Source: Squalus acanthias
Taxonomy: Eukaryota
DNA length: 64,000 bases
Direction: 5' to 3'
NCBI GenBank assembly: GCA_030390025.1
Contig: JASTWF010000080.1
Span: 186,001-250,000 of the forward strand
The notes beneath the pieces were generated by a model. It was not told the DNA's origin and did no database searches. It was given only the letters and a program-made list of their open reading frames with translations. The position numbers and the translations under genes are program-made. Below, piece after piece: positions 57,801 through 64,000 of this stretch; the first letter of the stretch is position 1; each line of letters starts with the position of its first letter.

Positions 57801-60800
57801 CCCCATTTCCCGCTCACCCCGTTCCCCGCTCACCCCGTTCCCAGCTCACCCCCATTCTCCATTCCCAGCTCACTCCCGTTCCCCGTTCCCCATTCCCATT
57901 CCCCGCTCACCCCCATTCCCAGCTCACCCATGTTCCCAGCTTGCCCCCATTCCCCGTTTCCCGCTCACCCCTTTTCCCTGCTCACCTCCGTTCCCCGCTC
58001 ACCCCGTTCCCAGCTCACCCCCATTCCCCGCTCAACACGCTCCCAACTCACCCCCGTTACATGCACATCCCCGTTCCCAGCTCACCCCCATTCCCAGCTC
58101 ACCCCAGTTCCCCATTCCCAGCTCATCCCCGTTCCCAGGTCAACCCCAGTCCCAGTTAACCCTCGTTCCCTGTTCCCCGCTCACCCCCGTTCCCCGCTCA
58201 CCCCCGTTGGCCGTTCCACGCTCACCCCTGTTCCCAGCTCACACCCATTCCCTGTTCCCCGCTCTCCCCATTCCCAGCTCACTCCCTTCACCGCTCACAC
58301 CATTCCCAGCTCAACCCCATTCTCCGTTCACCGCTCAACCCTTTCCCATTTCACCCCCATTCCCCGTTACCCGCTCACTCTGTTCCCAGCTCAACCCCAT
58401 TCCCAGCTCAACCCCATTCCCCGTTCCCCACTCACCCTGATCCCTGCTCACTCCAGTTTGCCATTCCCAGCTCATCCCCAGTCCCAGCCCAGACACGTTC
58501 CCTGATCCCCGCTCAGCCTGTTCCCCTCTCACCCTGTTCCCTGTTCACAAAGCACCCACGATCCCCATTCCCCATTCCCCGCAAAGCCCCATTCCCGGCT
58601 TACTACCGTTCCCCGTTCCCCCCATTCCCAGCTCACCCACAGTCCCCACTCACTCCGCTCCCAACTCACCCCCGTTCCCTGCTCACCGCCGTTCCCCACT
58701 CAACCCCGTTCCCAGCTCACCCCCATTCCCCTTTCCCAGCTTACCCTTGTTCCCATTCCCCGTTCCCTGTTCACCCCTGTTCCCCGCTCACCCCCGTTCC
58801 CCGCTCACCCCCATTCCCCGTTCCCTGTTCACCCCTGTTCCCAGCTCACTCCCGTTCCACACTCATCCCCATTCCCAGCTCACCCCCGTTCCACACTCAC
58901 CCCCATTCCCAGCTCACCCCCATTCCCAGCTCATCCCCGTTCCCAGCTCAACCCCAGTCCCAGTTAACCCTCATTCCCTGTTCCCCACTCACCCCATTTC
59001 CCACTCACCCCCGTTCCCAGCTCACCCCCGTTCGCCATTCCACACTCACCCCCGTCCCCAGCTCACACCCATTCCCTGTGCCCCGCTCACCCCGTTCCCC
59101 ACTCACACTGTTCCCAACTCAACCCCATTACCCATTCCCCACTCACCCAGTTCCCATTGCATCCCCATTCCCCGTTCCCCGCTCACACCGTTCCCAGCTC
59201 AACACCATTACCGATTCCCCACTCACCTCGTTCCCATTGCACCCCCATTCCCCATTCCCCGCTCAGCCCCGTTCCCAGCTCACCCCCATTCCCAGCTCCC
59301 CCCAGTTCGCCGTTCCACACGCATCCCCGTTCCTGGCTAAACCCCGTTGCCAGTTTTCCGCTCACCCCGTTCACAGCTCACCCCGTTCTCAGCTCAACCC
59401 CATTACCCGTTCCCCGCTCACCCCATTCCCAGATCATCCCCATTCCACATTCCCTGCTCACCTCCATTCCCCGCTCACCCCCATTGCCAGGTGCCCCCAG
59501 TTTGCCGTTCCATGCAAAACCCATCCCTGGCTCAACCCCATTGTCTGTTATCCGCTCACCCCTTTCCCAGCTCACATCTTTCCCCGCTCACCCCGTTCCC
59601 CCTTCCCCGCTCACCCTATTCCCAGCTCAACACCATTCCCCGTTCCCCGCTCACTCCCTTTCCCAGCTCACCCCTGTTCCCAGTTCCCCGCTCACCCCGC
59701 TCCCAATTCACTCCCATTCGCCGTTCCACACTCACCCCCGTTCCCAGTTCACACCCATTCCCTGTTCCCCGCTCACCCCGTTCCCAGCTCACTCCCTTCC
59801 CCGCTCACCCCGTTCCCAGCTCAACCCCATTCCCAGCTCAACCCCATTCCCCGTTCCCCGCTCACCCCGATCCCAGCTCACTCCAGTTTGCCATTCCCAA
59901 CTCATCCCCATTCCCAGCTCATCCCCAGTCCCAATCCAGCCATGTTCCCTGTTCCCCGCTCAGCCTGTTCCCCTCTCGCCCTGTTCCCTGTTCCCAAAGC
60001 ACCCACGATGCCCGTTACCCATTCCCCGCAAAGTCCCATTCCCGGCTCACCACCGTTCCCCCCATTCCCAGCTCACCCACGTTCCCCGCTCAACCTGTTC
60101 CCAGCTCACCCCTGTTCCCCATTCCCAGCTCACCCACGTCCCAGCTCACCCCCATTCCATGTTCCCCTCTCACCCCGCTGCCAACTCACCCCTGTTCCCA
60201 GCTCACCCCCGTTCCACACTCATCCCCATTCCCAGCTCACCCCCGTTCCACACTCACCCCCATTCCCAGCTCACCCCCATTCCCAGCTCATCCCCGTTCC
60301 CAGCTCAACCCCAGTCCCAGTTAACCCTCATTCCCTGTTCCCCACTCACCCTATTTCCCGCTCACCCCCATTCCCAGCTCACCCCCGTTCGCCATTCCAC
60401 ACTCACCCCCGTCCCCAGCTCACACCCATTCCCTGTGCCCCGCTCACCCCGTTCCCCACTCACACTGTTCCCAACTCAACCCCATTACCCATTCCCCACT
60501 CACCCAGTTCCCATTGCATCCCCATTCCCCGTTCCCCGCTCACACCGTTCCCAGCTCAACACCATTACCGATTCCCCACTCACCTCGTTCCCATTGCACC
60601 CCCATTCCCCATTCCCCGCTCAGCCCCGTTCCCAGCTCACCCCCATTCCCAGCTCCCCCCAGTTCGCCGTTCCACACGCATCCCCGTTCCTGGCTAAACC
60701 CCGTTGCCAGTTTTCCGCTCACCCCGTTCACAGCTCACCCCGTTCTCAGCTCAACCCCATTACCCGTTCCCCGCTCACCCCATTCCCAGATCATCCCCAT

Positions 60801-63800
60801 TCCACATTCCCTGCTCACCTCCATTCCCCGCTCACCCCCATTCCCAGGTCCCCCCAGTTTGCTGTTCCATGCAAAACCCATCCCTGGCTCAACCCCATTG
60901 TCTGTTATCCGCTCACCCCTTTCCCAGCTCACATCTTTCCCCGCTCACCCCGTTCCCCCTTCCCCGCTCACCCTATTCCCAGCTCAACACCATTCCCCGT
61001 TCCCCGCTCACTCCCTTTCCCAGCTCACCCCTGTTCCCAGTTCCCCGCTCACCCCGCTCCCAACTCACTCCCGTTCGCCGTTCCACACTCACCCCCGTTC
61101 CCAGTTCACACCCATTCCCTGTTCCCCGCTCACCCCGTTCCCAGCTCACTCCCTTCCCCGCTCACCCCGTTCCCAGCTCAACCCCATTCCCAGCTCAACC
61201 CCATTCCCCGTTCCCCGCTCACCCCGATCCCAGCTCACTCCAGTTTGCCATTCCCAACTCATCCCCATTCCCAGCTCATCCCCAGTCCCAGTCCAGCCAT
61301 GTTCCCTGTTCCCCGCTCAGCCTGTTCCCCTCTCGCCCTGTTCCCTGTTCCCAAAGCACCCACGATGCCCGTTACCCATTCCCCGCAAAGCCCCATTCCC
61401 GGCTCACCACCGTTCCCCCCATTCCCAGCTCACCCACGTTCCCCGCTCAACCTGTTCCCAGCTCACCCCTGTTCCCCATTCCCAGCTCACCCACGTCCCA
61501 GCTCACCCCCATTCCATGTTCCCCTCTCACCCCGCTGCCAACTCACCCCTGTTCCCAGCTCACCCCCGTTCCACACTCATCCCCATTCCCAGCTCACCCC
61601 CGTTCCACACTCACCCCCATTCCCAGCTCACCCCCATTCCCAGCTCATCCCCGTTCCCAGCTCAACCCCAGTCCCAGTTAACCCTCATTCCCTGTTCCCC
61701 ACTCACCCTATTTCCCGCTCACCCCCATTCCCAGCTCACCCCCGTTCGCCATTCCACACTCACCCCCATCCCCAGCTCACACCCATTCCCTGTGCCCCGC
61801 TCACCCCGTTCCCCACTCACACTGTTCCCAACTCAATCCCATTACCCATTCTCCGCTCACCCCATTCCCATTGCATCCCCATTCCCCGTTCCCCGCTCAC
61901 ACCGTTCCCAGCTCAACTCCATTACTCATTCCCCGCTCACCTCGTTCCCATTGCACCCCCATTCCCCATTCCCCGCTCAGCCCCGTTCCCAGCTCAACCC
62001 CATTCCTAGCTCCCCCCAGTTCGCCATTCCACACGCATCCCCGTTCCTGGCTAAACCCCGTTGCCAGTTTTCCGCTCACCCCGTTCACAGCTCACCCCGT
62101 TCTCAGCTCAACCCCATTACCCGTTCCCCGCTCACCCCGTTCCCAACTCATCCCCATTCCACATTCCCTGCTCACCTCCGTTCCCCGCTCACCCCCATTC
62201 CCAGGTCCCCCCAGTTTGCCGTTCCACGCAAAACCCATCCCTGGCTCAACCCCATTCTCTGTTATCTGCTCACCCCTTTCCCAGCTCACATCTTTCCCCG
62301 CTCACCCCGTTCCCCCTTCCCCGCTCACCCTATTCCCAGCTCACCACCATTCCCCGTTCCCCGCTCACTCCCTTTCCCAGCTCACCACTGTTCCCAGTTC
62401 CCCGCTCACCCCGCTCCCAACTCACTCCCGTTCGCCGTTCCACACTCACCCCCATTCCCAGTTCACACCCATTCCCTGTTCCCCGCTCACCCTGTTCCCA
62501 GCTCACTCCCTTCCTCGCTCACCCCGTTCCCAGCTCAACCCCATTCCCAGCTCAACCCCATTCCCCGTTCCCCGCTCACCCCGATCCCAGCTCACTCCAG
62601 TTTGCCATTCCCAACTCATCCCCGTTCCCAGCTCATCCCCAGTCCCAGTCCAGCCATGTTCCCTGTTCCCCGCTCAGCCTGTTCCCCTCTCGCCCTGTTC
62701 CCTGTTCCCAAAGCACCCACGATGCCCGTTACCCATTCCCTGCAAAGCCCCATTCCCGGCTCACCACCGTTCCCCCCATTCCCAGCTCACCCACGTTCCC
62801 CGTTCAACCTGTTCCCAGCTCACCCCTGTTCCCCATTCCCAGCTCACCCACGTCCCAGCTCACACCCATTCCCAGCTCACCCCCATTCCATGTTCCCCTC
62901 TCACCCCGCTGCCAACTCACCCCCGTTCCCAGCTCATCCCTGTTCCCAGCCCACCCCCAGTCCCAGTTCATCATCGTTCCCCGTTACCCGTTCACCGGTT
63001 TCCGGCTCACCCATTCCCAGGTCCCCCCAGTTCGCCGTTCCACGCAAATCCCCATTCCTGGCTCAACCCCGTTGCCTGTTCTCTGCTCACCTCCGTTCCC
63101 TGCTCACCCCATTCCCAGCTGACACCTGTTATCCATTCCCAGCTCAGTCCCATGCCCCGCTCATCCTGTTCCCAGCGCACCCCCATTCCCAGCTCACGCC
63201 CGTTTCCCGCTCACACCCGTTTTCCATTCCCAGCTCACCCCGTTCCCGTTTCCCGCTCACTCCCATTCCTGGCTCACCCCCGTTCCCTGTTCCCCACTCA
63301 CCCCATACCCCGCTCACACCGTCCCCTGTTCCCCAATCACCCCCGTTCCCCGCTCACCACCCCTTCACCATTCCCCATTCCCCGCACAGCCCCATTTCCG
63401 GCTCACCCCATTCCCTGTTCCCTCCGTTCCCAGCTCATCCCGTTCCCGTTCCCCGCTCACCCCCGTTCCCAGCTCACCCCCATTCCCAGCGCACCCAGGT
63501 TCCGCATTCCAGCTCATCACCATTCCAAGATCTCCCTCAGTCCTATTTTCACCCTCATTTCCCCTTCCCCGCTCACCCACATTCCCAGCTCACCCCCGTT
63601 CGCTATTCCATGCTCACCCCTGTTGCCAGTTCACCCCCGTTCCCAGCTCACCACTATTCCCCGTTCCCAGATCAACCACGTCACCCATTCCATGTTCCCC
63701 GCTAAACCTTGTTCCCAGCTCACCCCCATTCCCAGCTCATCCCCATTCTCAGCTCACCCCCAATCCCAGTTCACCCTCATTCCCTGTTCCTCGCTTATCC

Positions 63801-64000
63801 CCGTTCCCAGCTCACGCCCGTTCCCAGCTCAACCCCATCCCGTTCCCTGTTCACCCCCTTTCCCAGATCACCCCCATTTCCCGCTCATCCCCGTACCCCA
63901 TTCCTGACTTACCCCCATTCCCTGTTACCCGCTGACCCTGTTCCCAGCTCATCCAGTTTGCAGCTCACCCCCATTCCCCGTTCCCAGCTCACGCCATTCC
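54885..64000. repeat. >9-kb degenerate satellite (cccagctcaccccgttc)n with a 1357-bp higher-order repeat and an inverted first ~540 bp
   Basis: G-rich at 54885-55430, then C-rich. Homologous ORFs start at 59157/60514/61871 (spacing 1357). Confidence 0.95.

Noticed and set aside
55492-63907. Pro/His/Ser-rich ORFs up to 1063 aa
   Set aside because: Artefacts of a C-rich satellite.

Overview
Vertebrate genomic DNA, most likely from a cartilaginous fish. This is inferred from its CR1/L2/RTE LINEs, Deu-type SINE, hammerhead-bearing Penelope ends and shark-type class I exons. The window is about 80% repeats, with two immune genes on the + strand. (1) An MHC class I-like gene with a complete ISRE-S-X-Y-CCAAT-TATA promoter, a leader exon (14058-14109), an alpha3/IgC1 exon (17867-18145) and a TM exon (20795-20908). 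No alpha1/alpha2 exons and no obvious terminal exon are visible. (2) An intact ~5 kb single-exon very large inducible GTPase (GVIN/URGCP family, 44684/44726-49729) with an in-frame phase-0 splice acceptor. Between them is a ~3 kb tandem duplication (29040-37870). It carries three copies of an ISRE + GAS/ISRE promoter with a strong splice donor, and three copies of a captured TPP2 exon-1 fragment. The splice phases (TM exits phase 1, the 113-nt TPP2-derived exon goes 1 to 0, GVIN enters phase 0) give one uninterrupted ORF. This suggests a possible MHC-I-ectodomain/TM/giant-GTPase chimeric receptor, which is a hypothesis needing RNA evidence. Also present: a decayed Harbinger element, a CR1 flanked by a 138-bp direct repeat, Penelope inverted-end insertions, many minisatellites and a >9 kb GAGCT/GGGGT-rich satellite with an inversion point.
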